64,000 nucleotides of DNA from Obrimoposthia wandeli (lineage: Eukaryota): NCBI GenBank assembly GCA_977020255.1, contig CDROCS010002077.1:310001-374000 (forward strand), given 5' to 3'. Under the pieces are notes generated by a model, which saw only the letters and a program-made list of their open reading frames with translations, was not told the DNA's origin and searched no databases. Of the stretch, positions 1 through 13,394 are shown piece after piece. Each line of letters opens with the position of its first letter. Position 1 is the stretch's first letter. The translations under genes and the position numbers were made by a program.

Positions 1-1199
1 CACGTGGCAGTGCAGCAATATCGACTGGCGACATTGCTTGTCCCTGATATCGAGCGGGTGGCGTTACAGTCAGTCAAGGGTGATTCTGCCACCAGTGGTG
101 AGCCTGTTTCAAGCCCATTACTTCTAGTTTTGAATGATCTTGTAATATTATTAGGAAACTCTGTTAAAATAGTTTATAGTTGCTAATTTTTAGAGATAAC
201 AAAATATTTTTTATTAAATTGAGCATGAGCACTGTTTATTTGAGATTAAATATATATAAACAAAACCAAATAACAGTTGGCCAAACAAAGAATGATTTAT
301 GATTAATAACATTGAAAATGCACCAAAAGTAAAAAATAGTGATTAATTTTATGCGATTAATGATTAATCCATAACAACTTCTTCCCTGGAGCATCTTTTG
401 TCTATTGTATAGCGCTTGTAGGTCTTGATAGTGTTCTTTCCTATCCGCGCTTCAACAATTCGGTTGGATCCAGGCGGTACCGGAGCCCCTAAATAAGGAT
501 GGTGCATAATTTTATGTACTGTAATGATTATCTCACAGCTCCACGCCGATTATGGTATTGATATTTTAGGAAGCGTCAGTATTATTATATGACAAACAAA
601 AAGCACAACACAACAAGCTGTGAACACACTAAAACTAGCGAACAGTTTCCCTAACCACATATAGCTTACACACAAACACGAAGAAACAACTAGTTAACCA
701 GAAAGGAGTTCAATATAATTACCATAATACTCAGAGACCAATAGGTAGACAGCCAGCAAGCCTGAACAACTAGACGTGACACAATACATATACAGACGGA
801 GACAGGCAAGGAGTTATACAAGTTAGTTAGGTTGGAGCATAGATTATATTTGATCACCCACCTACATTTAAATGCGAATTTATTAACCTCTTAATCACTC
901 ATTGTTAATACGAAATTATTTTGTTATTGATTTAGTACTTACCTACCTCTTTTTTGGTGTTTAAATGAAACTAATTAATGTTATAACTATTGATGCATTC
1001 TATGTTGGTAACAACTATTCATAGAAGTCAAAATTTAGCCTGCTTGACACCTGTATTATAGTTTACGCTCCCCTGTCTGAAGATCCTGGATCCATTCCTG
1101 GAGTTGGTCACTTGATCTTGTGTAGTTTGCTCAGTTATGAAATGATCATCTCCCTTCAAATCAGCCTCAACTAATCTCTGATTCTTTTATAGGTCTTCT

Positions 1200-2150
1200 A
1201 AAGCATTGATTTATGAGAATGGAAACCTTAAATAGTGCACTTTCCGGTTTCTTTCACGGAATAACAACGTATTTTATTAATACCAATAAATATTTAGTAT
1301 AACGATAATATCTAATAAATTCATAATGTTTTATTCAAAGTGCTTCTTGTTTTCCATTGTTTGTCGTAATATTTTCTCAACAGTCAAGTCTTCAGCAGCT
1401 TGGATTTTTCAGCATTGTCACAGTTTCTTATATTCATCGGTAAATTGTTGTAAAGTTTTGACGACGATTTGCATGACATGATTCATTTTTAAATATTTCG
1501 GGCACACAATTTCCTGATTTATGATGCAGTGACATTACATCAGTCGACAGTTTCCGGCGATATTGTTAAAAATCATTGAAATTTATGAAAATGCAATTTA
1601 TAAATCAATAAAATTGATTTGACTAGAAACCTTCAGTAGAAAAGGAATACAAATTGCTAATTTATTAAGAATTCAAGCTTTATTTTGAATATCTGTTTCA
1701 TCCAGCACGCTTTTCTTTATGATGCCCAAAGAGCGTTGTTGCATGACACCAAGAGAGATGGAGCCGAACCATCCACCCGCCGTATGTTTGGAAAACTGTC
1801 GGCACCATATCGTTGCAGATGAGAACTTTCATAGTTTCCTCCACATCTCAACTCCGCGCACTGTCCTTTCGACTCACGACAATGGAAGGACAAATCAAAC
1901 GCTCTCATAATATCTTTGTCATACCATCAAACAGTGAAGAAACCCCGGTCGAAGAAGTGGTTGTGAACGGAACTTTTCGATTAGTTTGTGATGCTTTCTA
2001 GTAACTCGGAATACTAGATTATTTCACACACAAACTCCAAACTGTTCTTCTGTGATGAAACTATCATTTTACTTCATCCATTTACAATTGGCTTTGTTAT
2101 AAGTTCATATATCAAGATGTACAATTTTTTTATCCTTTCAAATGTTACCA
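1200..2150 (-). mobile_element. Decayed hAT (Charlie/Buster, GTF2IRD2-like) transposase fragment
   Basis: Manual minus-strand translation near 1480-1550 gives CHCIINQEIVCPKYLKMNHVMQIVVK, matching the hAT HCIIHQE..C...L...HVM..VVK motif. The surrounding frames are broken and the boundaries are approximate. Confidence 0.45.
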
Positions 2151-2658
2151 AAATTTCTTTGGGTAAATAATCAAATCTTCGCTGCCAGACATTCATCAGC
2201 GGGCTGACTCTGGTGAGAGAAGCGAGACTAGGTCCCCGAAGTCACCAGACTCCAACGACAGAGAGGTCAGCGAAGATAAAGGGTGAGTCATACGCTGTCA
2301 TTAGTGTATACTGTTCTAGTCTATATCTACCTGTCTTAGGAGACTTTTATCAATTTTGTAATAGCCTCGGCTAATTTTTGATAATGAATCGGTTGTTTTC
2401 CTCCTGGATTTTAAAATGTACTCTATCTCGCTCAACCATTCTTTGTGGATCTGCCTTGAGAAGCTGGCTGTGGAATAGAGGATGTATGTTGTGTCAAGTT
2501 GACTGCTACAATATGCTGAATGAACATAGATCTTTTGTGTGACAATCAAATACAGTAGCGAAGGAGTTGACATTGAAAACTGCACAGTTAAGTAGGCTTT
2601 ATTAAGACACAATTCAGCAAAACGCGGTGCAGCCAGGCTGAATCCTGAATACCGTTTC

Positions 2659-3987
2659 GTGAATAATCATGAATCAGGAGTGCAAAAGGGTGGAGCAGAG
2701 AAATGTGCCAGTGATGGCTCGCCCCCACCCTACAGACCACCACCACCTCTGCTGTCGCTTCCGGAGGAGTTGCTGACCAAGGTAGCTTTGGTGGTGGTCT
2801 TGTCGGGCCCAAATGCTCCTGACGTGGGTAGTCTGCTGGCGCTGGCGAGGACTTGCCGCCGAGTGCGAGACGTGCTGATGCGGCCCCAGAGTCCCGTGTG
2901 GCGAGCGGTCTGCTCGCGGCTGTGGAGACCCCTCCCTCTGGCTCCCACTCCAGCAGCACAGGTACTCACATTAGCTGTCTCCTCACTTGACCTGCCGATG
3001 TATGCTCATGATCAGGACTGGCTGGCGATGTGGCGGCGTCGGCCTCACCTTCACTCACACGGCTGCTATGCCGGCCGAGCCGCCTATGTACGTCGGGGAG
3101 AGCCGTCTCTGGGCACGGGTTCCCCGATGACACAGCTGGTACAGCATTGTCGCATCATGCGGTTCTGGGCAAAGGGCACCGTCTTGATGGTGGTAGCCGG
3201 TGGAGCTGCGGCGGCTGAAGGACTGCGTGATCTGGTAGCCCGAGTATGTTGTGTGGAGGGGCCCCAGCTTGTGGGGTTGCCGGGCTGCTCACTAGGCAGC
3301 TATAAAGTGATTGAAGACAAGGTAGGTGGGATAATAAGTGAGTGAGTGAGAGAGAGTGAGTAAGAGTGAATGAGTGAGTGAGAGTGAGTGAGAGTGAGTG
3401 AGAGTGAGAGTGAGTGAGAGTGAGTGAGAGTGAGAGTGAATGAGAGAGAGAGAGAGTGAGAGTGAGAGAGAGTGAGAGAATGAGTAAAGGTTAGTGAGTG
3501 AGAGTGATAGATATGGCGTGTCGCGCGTGCCCAGGTGGAAGTAAACATCAGTCGCCAGTACACGGATGTCAGCGGCCAGAAATACGGGTCGAGAAGAGGC
3601 GGCCATGGAGTCTTGGAAGAAAGCCACAGTCTGCAGAATTTGCAATTTGTGAGTGACATGGGTGCGAGTGTTTAAGCCACACCCCGCAACATAGGGCTCA
3701 TTATTGTCAAAAGCATTGCCAGGGTCTGTTATAGTAGTGTCATCTGCTTGTTACGAGCAACAAGGATGCTGTACTGTCGACTGGAGCCCTTCCTAACAGT
3801 CGTAACTTGTGTGCAGGTGCTGCAGATCGAGCGGTCCAAGAGTATGCCTAACTGCATGCTGACTTGGCACTCCTACAAGGTGGAGCACACCCGCAAGTTA
3901 GTCAGGGTTCACAGAGAGGGTGGTACTCAGACCGACCTCAATTTGACATCTGACTCGATGTCGAGTCCGAGTTTGGTTCAGGCTTAG
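2659..3987 (+). CDS. FBXO9: F-box only protein 9-like gene; exons about 2659-3321, 3535-3648 and 3817-3987 (true start uncertain)
   Basis: F-box motif LLSLPEELLTKV...LARTCRR...VWRAVCSRLW, followed by W..M..RRPHL..GCY.GRAAYVRRGE.S....Q.V...R.MRF...G.V.M typical of FBXO9. GT-AG junctions (AAG|gtaggt at 3321, ccag|GTG at 3535, TTT|gtgagt at 3648, gcag|GTG at 3817) keep frame. GC-rich exons lie in an AT-rich background. No clear ATG in exon 1. Confidence 0.75.
3338..3508. repeat. (GAGT)n/(GAGTGA)n microsatellite at the start of FBXO9-like intron 1
   Basis: Directly visible; it explains the spurious HSLSLSL ORFs. Confidence 0.95.
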
Positions 3988-4189
3988 TTCATTCCGTCTA
4001 AATAAAAGCCTAATAATATTCATATGGAGATTCAGAATTGAAAGCAGAAGTATAAGTTACTTCATTCTTCCGTTAATTTGTATAGCGATTAATTCTTCAA
4101 ATTTTGTTAAAGAAATGGCTTTTTAACCTACAGTCCAGCTTTTGTTTGAATCCACATTATTATTAATGAGTAAATAAACGACATTGTTG

Positions 4190-4760
4190 GCGTCCTAAAC
4201 GGAAACATTACAAGGAAACGTCAAATTGAGAAAGTGATAAGAACACGCAACAGTCTTATACAAATATACTCATCTAATAAGTAAATACCTGACTACTGAG
4301 ATAACTGCAATGCCAAGGTATGCGTTTATTACATCAAACCTCGATTTTAAAGTCTTTCAAAAATATTGTAACAAAGTCGTCATAATGATATTTATTTAAA
4401 GAAAATTGTCAGTACAAGTGAACATTTATTGAAGCTCCATTGGCTGCCGATCAATGCAAGAATTGAATTCAAGCTGCTTTTATGATCAAAAATGTATTCT
4501 CTCACAAAATATTTATATACTCATCTCGAGCCTGGTGCAGTGAGCATGTATATGCATCTGAGGAGCAACTATGATGACTGCAGATTGGCCAAGAAGTTCT
4601 CAAATAACAAACAGAGTGAGGGAATATTTGACAATTTATGCCCTGAAACTTCATCACAATTTACCGATGGATATAGAAACTGAGACAATGTTGGACATCC
4701 AAGAAGCCGCTGAAGACTTCGATATCCACCTGTAAAACAAAGAGCGTTTTTGAGTAATAA
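4190..4760 (+). mobile_element. L2/CR1-clade LINE 3' fragment
   Basis: Translates to CAFITSNLDF and KLHWLPINARIEFKLLL..., the conserved C-terminus of L2-type ORF2. A related copy lies at about 7070-7500. Confidence 0.7.
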
Positions 4761-7069
4761 TCCATAGACTTAATATATATTAGAGCTATATTAAACATAT
4801 AACCTTTGCTAATGTGTAATAATATTGACTAGTTTGTGTCAAATTTATTTTACAGTGCAAAAACTAAGAAATAACACAGATGTTAGAAATAAATAAAGGT
4901 CACAATATATAATAATTTTTGTTGGTTAAAATTTTGAAATAATATTTACCAGTGGATTTATCAAATAAAAGAAAATACCAAATATTGTTGTATTATAAAA
5001 TTGTGCAGTGTGCTTTCATTTATTCCTAACAATGCGCTTTACCATCAAACAACTTTGATATCGCCTTCTCTATCCTTAATAGTTTGTCCAGTAGATCCAG
5101 TCAATTCCCATTTAAAATAGAGCAGCGATATCTTTATGGGGCATTTTACCGATCAGAGATAATGTCATCCTCAGCCACATTCTGTAACAAAACTTCATCT
5201 ACAGATTTTGAAGTATAGCGTTATTCTTTAAGTTCCCGTGCATTGTTTAGGTAGGAGAGAATTCTCGGCTTATTTTCTAAAGAAAGATTTCTCATTCTTT
5301 GATATATGCCAACTTGGTGAGATGGCGGTCAAATTCAAGGCAATTTGCCCAGGCTCAGAAATCATAAGATATGCATATTTTTCTTTAGCGGTACTTCTTG
5401 ATTCAAATTAGCCCCTGTTCTGAACAACAACGTTGTAGGAGATTTACCAGCCAATTCAAAGACTCCCCATATTTAGAACTAACAGACGATTAACATATCA
5501 CTAAATTTTAACTTTTCCACACAGACTGCAGCTTCTTTCTTAGTATCACAAAATAATAATCCTTCTCGTTTAATACAATTTTCCTCGTGCAGCATTTTCT
5601 GACAATAGATTTTAAATAAACAAGGGTTTATTTTGAATTTGACCTTATGGTATTTTATTGACCTACAGTTTTATTTATGGATTACGATTCTAAAACATTT
5701 TTTATTGAAAGTTTTCCTATAATTCCGTCAAAGTTTTAAAGTTTTTAACTCAAAACTTGGTTAAACTTTACACGTAAGATCTTCCTAAACCTCGCTTAAC
5801 TAGAGAAGTTGCAGTACAAAACTTTTCATATTAGAATTATTTCTAACCGTAAACATTATATTTCATAATATTAAATCACAATCTGAAACCACTGGATAAT
5901 TTATTTAACTTAATAAAAATGGTAAAAGAATTATGTCAAAAATTGTCATACTTAATAATGTGTATGGCTAAGAATGATGACGTATAATTTGCGTGTAGTG
6001 CCCTTATAAGCATAAAATGCACCATGAGACAGCGGTTTCAACTCTCCGGTTTCCCACGCGCAGCAATGAGACCAGTGAAGCATATCTCAACATCAAGGAC
6101 GATAAATTCCCGAAAATGCTGTTTTGTCCCATCCGCATGGCTGGCCAATCACAACAGCAGCCACACTGATCTACCGTGCACCCTCTGTTGTGCATGCAGC
6201 AGACTAGCTATCTCATCCGATCACTACAGATTGACCTTGACCCACAGATAGCACCTTCACTCTGTACATACAGCTTTGGCTTAACAAATTCTGTTGCTTT
6301 CATCTTTAGGAAATTTTACACTTTATGCACTTTGTTAATCTTTAAACTATTCGGTCTCAAAATAGATGATCGCTTTCTTCTTGTTTCACATTACATTTTC
6401 GCATCACTATTTATTTTCTCCCTCTAATTAGTCCACAACGAGTAATTCTACGGTTTCAAAATTGCTCCTGAAAACCAGATTTGAATTCTAAATTCTTCTA
6501 ATTCTGGAAACAACAGTTAAGTAATAGTAAAATAAAGAACATTGTGCGTTTTCTATGAAAATTTTACGAACAACTGTCATATTAACGCCTCAATGAAGGA
6601 CGTTGCATACAGGTAGCATGAATAAAATGACTTATTGCATATAAAAACATCCTATCAACTTTAAGTATTATAATATAACTGTGAAGGTCGTATGTGCTTT
6701 ATATAAGTCATCAATCTCTGGTATCAAATATTATTTTAAGTGTGAACATATGAATTCTTTCAGTGTGCAATACTTGTTCATTATACTTTTGTCTGAAAAC
6801 TTTAGCCAAAATTGTTTTTGATGATGAATAAAATCAACACTATTTTCGAATTTTTGTTTGAAAAACCTTTAAAAAAAACGAATGTTACAGGTAGCATTAA
6901 CACAATTTTTTCACTCTTATTAACAGCTTATTACTTATAATTTATTAAAAAAATCTTCTAAATAATAAATTATTCTTAGATTAGTTCTTTAGGGGTAAAT
7001 CAACTGATAACAACATGCAACAGTCATAACGAAAAGATTTCGCTAATATGAAATTACCTCTACAATGTG

Positions 7070-7500
7070 AATAATACAGCAAGAATTGATTTTCCATTAA
7101 ATCACTTGCTAAAATTTCAACAGAGCCGCCATAATAATATTAAAATTTAAGAAAAGTCATAATAATAATTTAATGAAGCTCCATTGGCTGCTGATCAATG
7201 CCGGAATTGAATCTAAGATCTTACATATCAAAAATGTATTCTCACAAAAGCTCAAATATTCACATGATTTTCTCGAGCTTGGTGCAGTGAGCATGTATAT
7301 GCATCTTAGGAGCAACGATGAGGACTGCAGATTGGCCAAGAAGGTCTCAAATAACAAACAGAATGAGGGAATATTTGACAATTTATGCTCTGAATCTTTA
7401 CAACATAAGAACTGTAGCAATGTTGAAAAATTCAAGAAGCAACTAAATATTTTTCGATTAAAAATATATTACGAAGTTAAAGAAAAATTGAAGTGATTTT
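7070..7500 (+). mobile_element. L2/CR1-clade LINE 3' fragment (second copy)
   Basis: ORF 7173-7496 (MKLHWLLINAGIESKIL...) is visibly similar to 4420-4760. Confidence 0.7.
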
Positions 7501-10239
7501 GAGTAAAATATCAGATATTAGTGCTGCATTAGAAGTGCAAAGTGTCGTTCCGAACTCATCAGCTCATAAGACCCCTCTGAGTCATGAGCTGATGAGCTCA
7601 GATATGGGATTCCTGGACAGCTGGAGTTAAAGGTAAAGCCACTTGTACTCATGACTCGGGGGGGGGGGGTTCTGCTGAGTTGATGATCTTGAAATAACAC
7701 TTTACTATATTAGAAGACTATGATGATTAAAACCCATGACATACTCGACAGAATCATGTTTTAGACAAATCTAGGGTTGGATCTCATTAAACTGTGATAG
7801 TGAGTGCACATTTGTTTGAGGAATAGTTTTTTGAACTGTTTTTCACCTACATTTTTATCTTCTCCAAATTTATTTTTACATTTTTTAAAAAAGTTTCTAA
7901 TTGTTTAACGAGTAAAAGTTTTGTCAAGTTTTTTGTAACGTGTCAACTATTTGCTTACCTTTTGTTTTACTAATCTGATTTAAATATTTGTGCAAAATGC
8001 AAATATTATGAGCACGATACATTCAAATTTAATTTCACTTTCATCAGTTGTTTATGACCATCACTTCCCAAGAGTTAAACGGTACTACATTACCGGATAG
8101 CAATCATGGCACTACTAAAAAAAATAATCTTTTGTTTATAGTCATCAGGATAAAAATCAACTATATATTAAAATTTATTACTCTAAAACTGTAAAGCTCT
8201 TTCGCTAATATTTCAAATACTTCAGTTCACTTCCAAATTTGTTTGTTGTGAAATCATGATATTCTTGGTATATATTGACATCTACTCGAATGCAATTGTT
8301 GTTAGATTAGGAAAAATAAAGTGTAAAAAAAATTTAAAGTAATAATCAACCTTCTAAATTGAAGATAATTAAAATAATTTTAAAAATTGAAATAAAAAAT
8401 TAATTAAAATAAGTATTTTTAATTAAAAAACTAATTAATTTGAGACCTTGAAGGTATTGAGAGTATGTTTTTATGTAAGGGAGAACAATGTGAAAAAAGG
8501 CCGTAGTGGATGATTTAGTGGGAAAAGGACATATTTAGTTGACAGATCGTAACTCCACATCAACAATTGTAAGTCCCGACGGGCGACAGCCGGCAATCAC
8601 ACAGCAATGGCTGAGATCCGGCCTTCCACGAGTCTCCCCATCTTGGCACTGACCGCCGATTACCCTGTGACATCCGGTCAATAGTTTTAATCGCACCACA
8701 ATTAGCCACCAGGAGTCATGAGCGATGTAGATATTGCGACGGCATCTGGAAATCAGACCATAATTAAATTGGCAATTGCTGTGGGTCGTGTGGGTCTCGC
8801 ATCGCAGCAGCAACCGGCATCGACCAATTATCCGGCCTCGGGATTTAGTCGCAGGATCGATAATCGACCGACATCCGGTTTAACTATATAAGCAATCATT
8901 TCGCATTGTTTGAACACAATTAGTTAGGAGCACAAAGTTTAGGAGCACACATTTTAAGAGCACAAATAATTTAGGAGATACCCACAAGAAGTGTTCTGAC
9001 AAAGCACAAAAAACCTTCAGACTAGGAAAAACCTAGAGACTAAGATAGATAGGCCACATCCATCTGTAAGCCCTATCACTACAGAACTCTCGTTGGGGGC
9101 CTCCATACGATGATTCTAAGATTCAATAGAAAACTCCAATAATGCTTTTATCGATTAAAACGAAACTATTCTTTTTCTTGAATATTTTATTTATACCATC
9201 AACATCCGATTGTTTTATTGACAAGATATTGTAGTAAAATTTAGTTTTTCAAAGTGCAATAGGACCAATAAATCCATAGAAGTTTATATGTCAACTGTAA
9301 TACATTTCTGATTTACAGAATTCATATTTATTGTCTTTGTCATCTTCGAATATTGGTTGGGTCTCAAATACAATCTGCCTAAGTTGCTCTACCGACTTAA
9401 TATTTCTAGAGCGATTCATAATTATGAACAATCAACTAAAAGTGTTGAGTATATATACTTGATTGCACCCATCTGATTGACTAACGATTTTATTATATTC
9501 TCGACCCTGATTGGTTGATTCGTTCTGACCTATTAGGTATAAAAAGGGTGTGTTTGTAGTGTGGGTGTTATTCATAATGAAGCTTGCTAATATTAATTAC
9601 AATGGATTTGTATCTGATAATGTAAGTCAATTGCCTTTCAAATGAGGTTTATAATGTCAATATGGTTACAAGTGTAAGGATTATACGATTGCTATTAAAT
9701 GACGATATGTCTTCAGTTGATTTAATGTAATTTTTAAACATAATATTTTAAAATTGAAAAAGTTATTAAATTAATTGAAGTAATTTAATTCTATAAGCAC
9801 AAATTTGTTTATTCTACTATGCAAAAAAGCAGAGTAAATTACTTTAGATTACTATAGAATTGCTATATATATATATAGATTCCTTAAATACATTTTAAGA
9901 TAAATATAAGTTTTATGGCACGATTAAATAATTAAAAGTAATTTAATTATAACTGTATAATATACAGTGTATATTAGCATCATTATGTTATTCAAAATTA
10001 TTAAATAAAAGATTTTGAATTAAATAAAAAATGAAAAACATGAGAAAATAGTAACTAATTTTTTATTGTTAAAAAAAGATTTCAAATCAAAATAAAACTA
10101 TTTAAAATAACTTAAACTATTTAATAACTATTCCTCCAATACTCGTAAATTGTGGTTGGCAAAATCGGTTTCTTTTGAAATGTGTGGGTCAATAAGTAAT
10201 ACTCTATAGTTTCATACTGTTTAATGAATATGTTGGGGT

Positions 10240-11500
10240 TTCTATTTGAAACTCTTAAATTGATCCTCGTATGGAGGCCCCCAACGTGAGTTCAATAGCA
10301 ATATGGCTTGCAGTTATTCATGGCCTATTTAGATTTTTCTTTATCTGTCTCAATTTCTAATCTGAAGGTTTTGTTTTCAATCTGTGTTAGGGAGATGTGT
10401 GAAGAGTTGTGTGCACGGGTACTGGACAATTTCCCTAATTGTGGTGTAGTGTATGGCGGGTTGATACTTGCCTGGTTGTAGGGGTTTGTTCAATTCAACA
10501 CTGCTTAATTGTAGGGAAACTTTATTATCTAAATTCACTCTAACGAGGTTCCTAAAAATTATAACAATTAGTCCTAACTACTACACTAAACTTCACACAA
10601 ATGGGGATGTCTTAACGTATCGATTTTAATCGGTCTAACAAATTTACGAGTTCTATACTCTTTATTTCAAAACACAATTTACTTTCTTTAATCAAAACCC
10701 TATTTACTTTCTTTAATCAAAACACAATTTACTTTCTTTAATCACTCACCTTTCTGCTGAGCTTGACTGTGTCCTCTCGTCCGTTTATGCTCCCTCAATA
10801 CTTAGTTCAGGTATAGATTTGATGGCCTATTGTCTGCTGGTACTTCTTCCACGACTGAAATCAGATTAATGGTTTCGATATTAAAACCCGATTACCTCTT
10901 CTCAACTGGGCTTTTCAATAACTGGCACAATCGCTTCACCTGCAAACTCGCCAAACTGATACTTTTCTTCAATTTCGATTTAACAAACTCGGTTCAATCT
11001 GATTCTTTTCTTCAATTTCGATTTAATTGTGTTCGAGTTATCTTCTTATATAGCCTGTAGATCTGGCGCAAATGTGGCCCTAATAGACTAGAGGTCTCCT
11101 GAATAGAAACAATTAACTAACACTTAATTTAAGTGCACTTACTGTAGATCTGGCACTAATGGACTTGTCTTCTTTTCTTGCGATTTCGTTTCTGACGCTA
11201 ATGGAATTGTCGTTTGGTGATTTTTCTTTTCTTGCGAGTTCGTTTCTTAATTACTCTTGTTTTTTCTCTATCTTTCTTAATCACTCTTAGCTTCTTCTTA
11301 GTTACACTCAGTTCGGCTTAATCACTCTTAGTTCTTTTTTGGGGCCCAAACTTTCCCTTACATACAATGAATCATACACTTGACCTCTTCAAGGTCCTAA
11401 AATACTTTTTGATTTTATTTCGTTCTAATTTAATTCTTATTTTAATTTTTTATTCTTTTAACCTTTCTTTTCAAGGTTTTATTTTCCTATATAAATAATT
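10240..11500 (-). repeat. Dispersed non-autonomous repeat (family also at about 9010-9140 and 49400-50580, opposite orientation)
   Basis: Shared blocks seen by eye: gaactc(t/a)cgttgggg, taggccaca, ccttcaga, gcacttaaattaagtg and ggccccaaaaaa. No recognisable protein, so the class is unassigned. Confidence 0.5.
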
Positions 11501-13149
11501 AACTTATTTCTAAATTTATTAAAATCCTAATCCTAACAGTATGAACTTTTCATTAAAAACAAATTGGAAATAAATGATTTTATAATTGATATTTTGTCGT
11601 TTACTTGGTTTAATGTGAGAAAATCAATTGATTGGGAAAAACTAAAATAATATAAAATATTATGTCAAGCAGCCACAAATACTATAAAAAGAAATAAATT
11701 AGAAGGATATGAGACGAACACACTAATAAATGAGTTAGCAGAGAGAATTTTTAGCAGATTGAATGATGAAATATCTCATTCTAAAATGTTTACAACCCTA
11801 GCAACAAATTTAATCTATAATTTTAATAAAAAAGAATACTGTTATTTTATTTTTTTTTAAAAAATATTACAACTTATAAATAGTTTAAAATAGAAAAAAA
11901 ATACTAACTAATGTTTGAAGCAGGTCACTGTTAGAGTTAAATTTAAATGAACATTAAAATAACAAATACTTAAATAACTATCCTTACAAATAAATAAATA
12001 AACAAGAAAATAAATAACAACTGCTTAAGTTATGCATAAAGTTTATACCAAAAATACTTATTCAAATGTTATGTGGCGACCCACAATAAAGAATAATAAT
12101 TTTAAAATATTTATTAATTATATGTAAAATTCACCTTTTTACGAATAACTTTTTAAAGAAAGACCTTAGCTCAAAATCTGAACTACACATAAATTAGTAA
12201 TGAATTATCAATTTATTTCATGTATGCTCGAAAGTTTAAAGTTAAAGTTAAAATTTTGTACAGAATATTGAGTTTTAATATTATGAATTTTTAAACTTTG
12301 CACTTTTAAATGAATTCTTAAAATTTTGCGATTTATGTGCGTTTTGAAACTTTTGTTTTAATTTTTAAAAGTCTCCCTTACGGAGCTTCCTTAGAGTTGG
12401 CCCTAAATGATTGGGCATCACCTTTGGCAATGAATTTTTAAATATAGTTTTATTTATAGTAAGAAGATAATAAAGACTATCAATGTTTATTAAACTTTCA
12501 CTTGTCGTTCTGTAATTTTCTATATATACTTCTGTTTCCCGAGCTTATCAACTTTGAAACCTTTTATTTAAATAAATAATATCCAATATTTGCATTTGAA
12601 AAACTCTTTTTCAGATAATTTTATTGCTAAAATTTTGTTAATATCTTGCAGATATTTTCTAATTAAATAATTGAAATATAAGATATTTCTTCCAATAAAA
12701 TTCAAAGTCAAAAAAAATCTGTTTAGTAGCAATGTTTTCGAAATAGTTTTGACAGATTCTTTTGTCAGGTGAATTATCGAAATATGTATCAAATATGTTG
12801 AAAGAGTGTAACAAACTGAAGAGCAGATTTCCCAAATCAGTTGGTGTGTAAAAATAGAATGTAGTCAACATTTAGTGCAAGTAGAATCTGTAAGTTTTGA
12901 TGGCAAATTATTTCTAAATTCTAATCTCTTTTTTTAATTTCTAAAAATTGGTTCACTTGTTCATCTACCTTGTTAAATCCTGTTCTAGGTCCTGGTAATC
13001 TTTCTGGGACCACGGATACAGAAGAGAAGTGAAGACCCGCCTGATGCGTGGGAGAGAGGTGACGGCTTGTGAATGGTGGATAGCGAACCAATGAGGCCAG
13101 GCCTAAACTGGAGAGAGGAATACATTGCTCAGTCTATAGAAGAAGAGAC

Positions 13150-13369
13150 ATGACGGACTACAACAGCAGCATTACGTACAAGTGGGCGCATCTGGGTCTT
13201 CTGGCGATCCCGGCGGTGACCGTGTGGGGCAATGTACTCGTTTGTGTGTCTGTCTTTGTGGAGCGTAGACTGAGATCGACCTTCAACTTCTTCTTGGTCT
13301 CCTTAGCGGTCAGCGACTTATTGTGCGCCATTCTAGTCATGCCTGTTTCAGCTTGGAACATGGTCCGAG
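13150..13369 (+). CDS. Aminergic (5-HT2-like) class A GPCR, exon 1 (TM1-TM2)
   Basis: WGNVLVC (N1.50) and [17 protein letters not shown] (D2.50). Phase-1 donor CGA G|gtgagc. Confidence 0.9.
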
Positions 13370-13394
13370 GTGAGCAATATAGCACTGACAAGGA

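Noticed and set aside
3292-3659. HSLSLSL-rich ORFs (also 19711-20162)
   Set aside because: Antisense translation of (GAGT)n microsatellites.
8535-8880. GC-rich patch that might be an exon or ncRNA
   Set aside because: No recognisable protein motif, splice pattern or RNA family could be supported.
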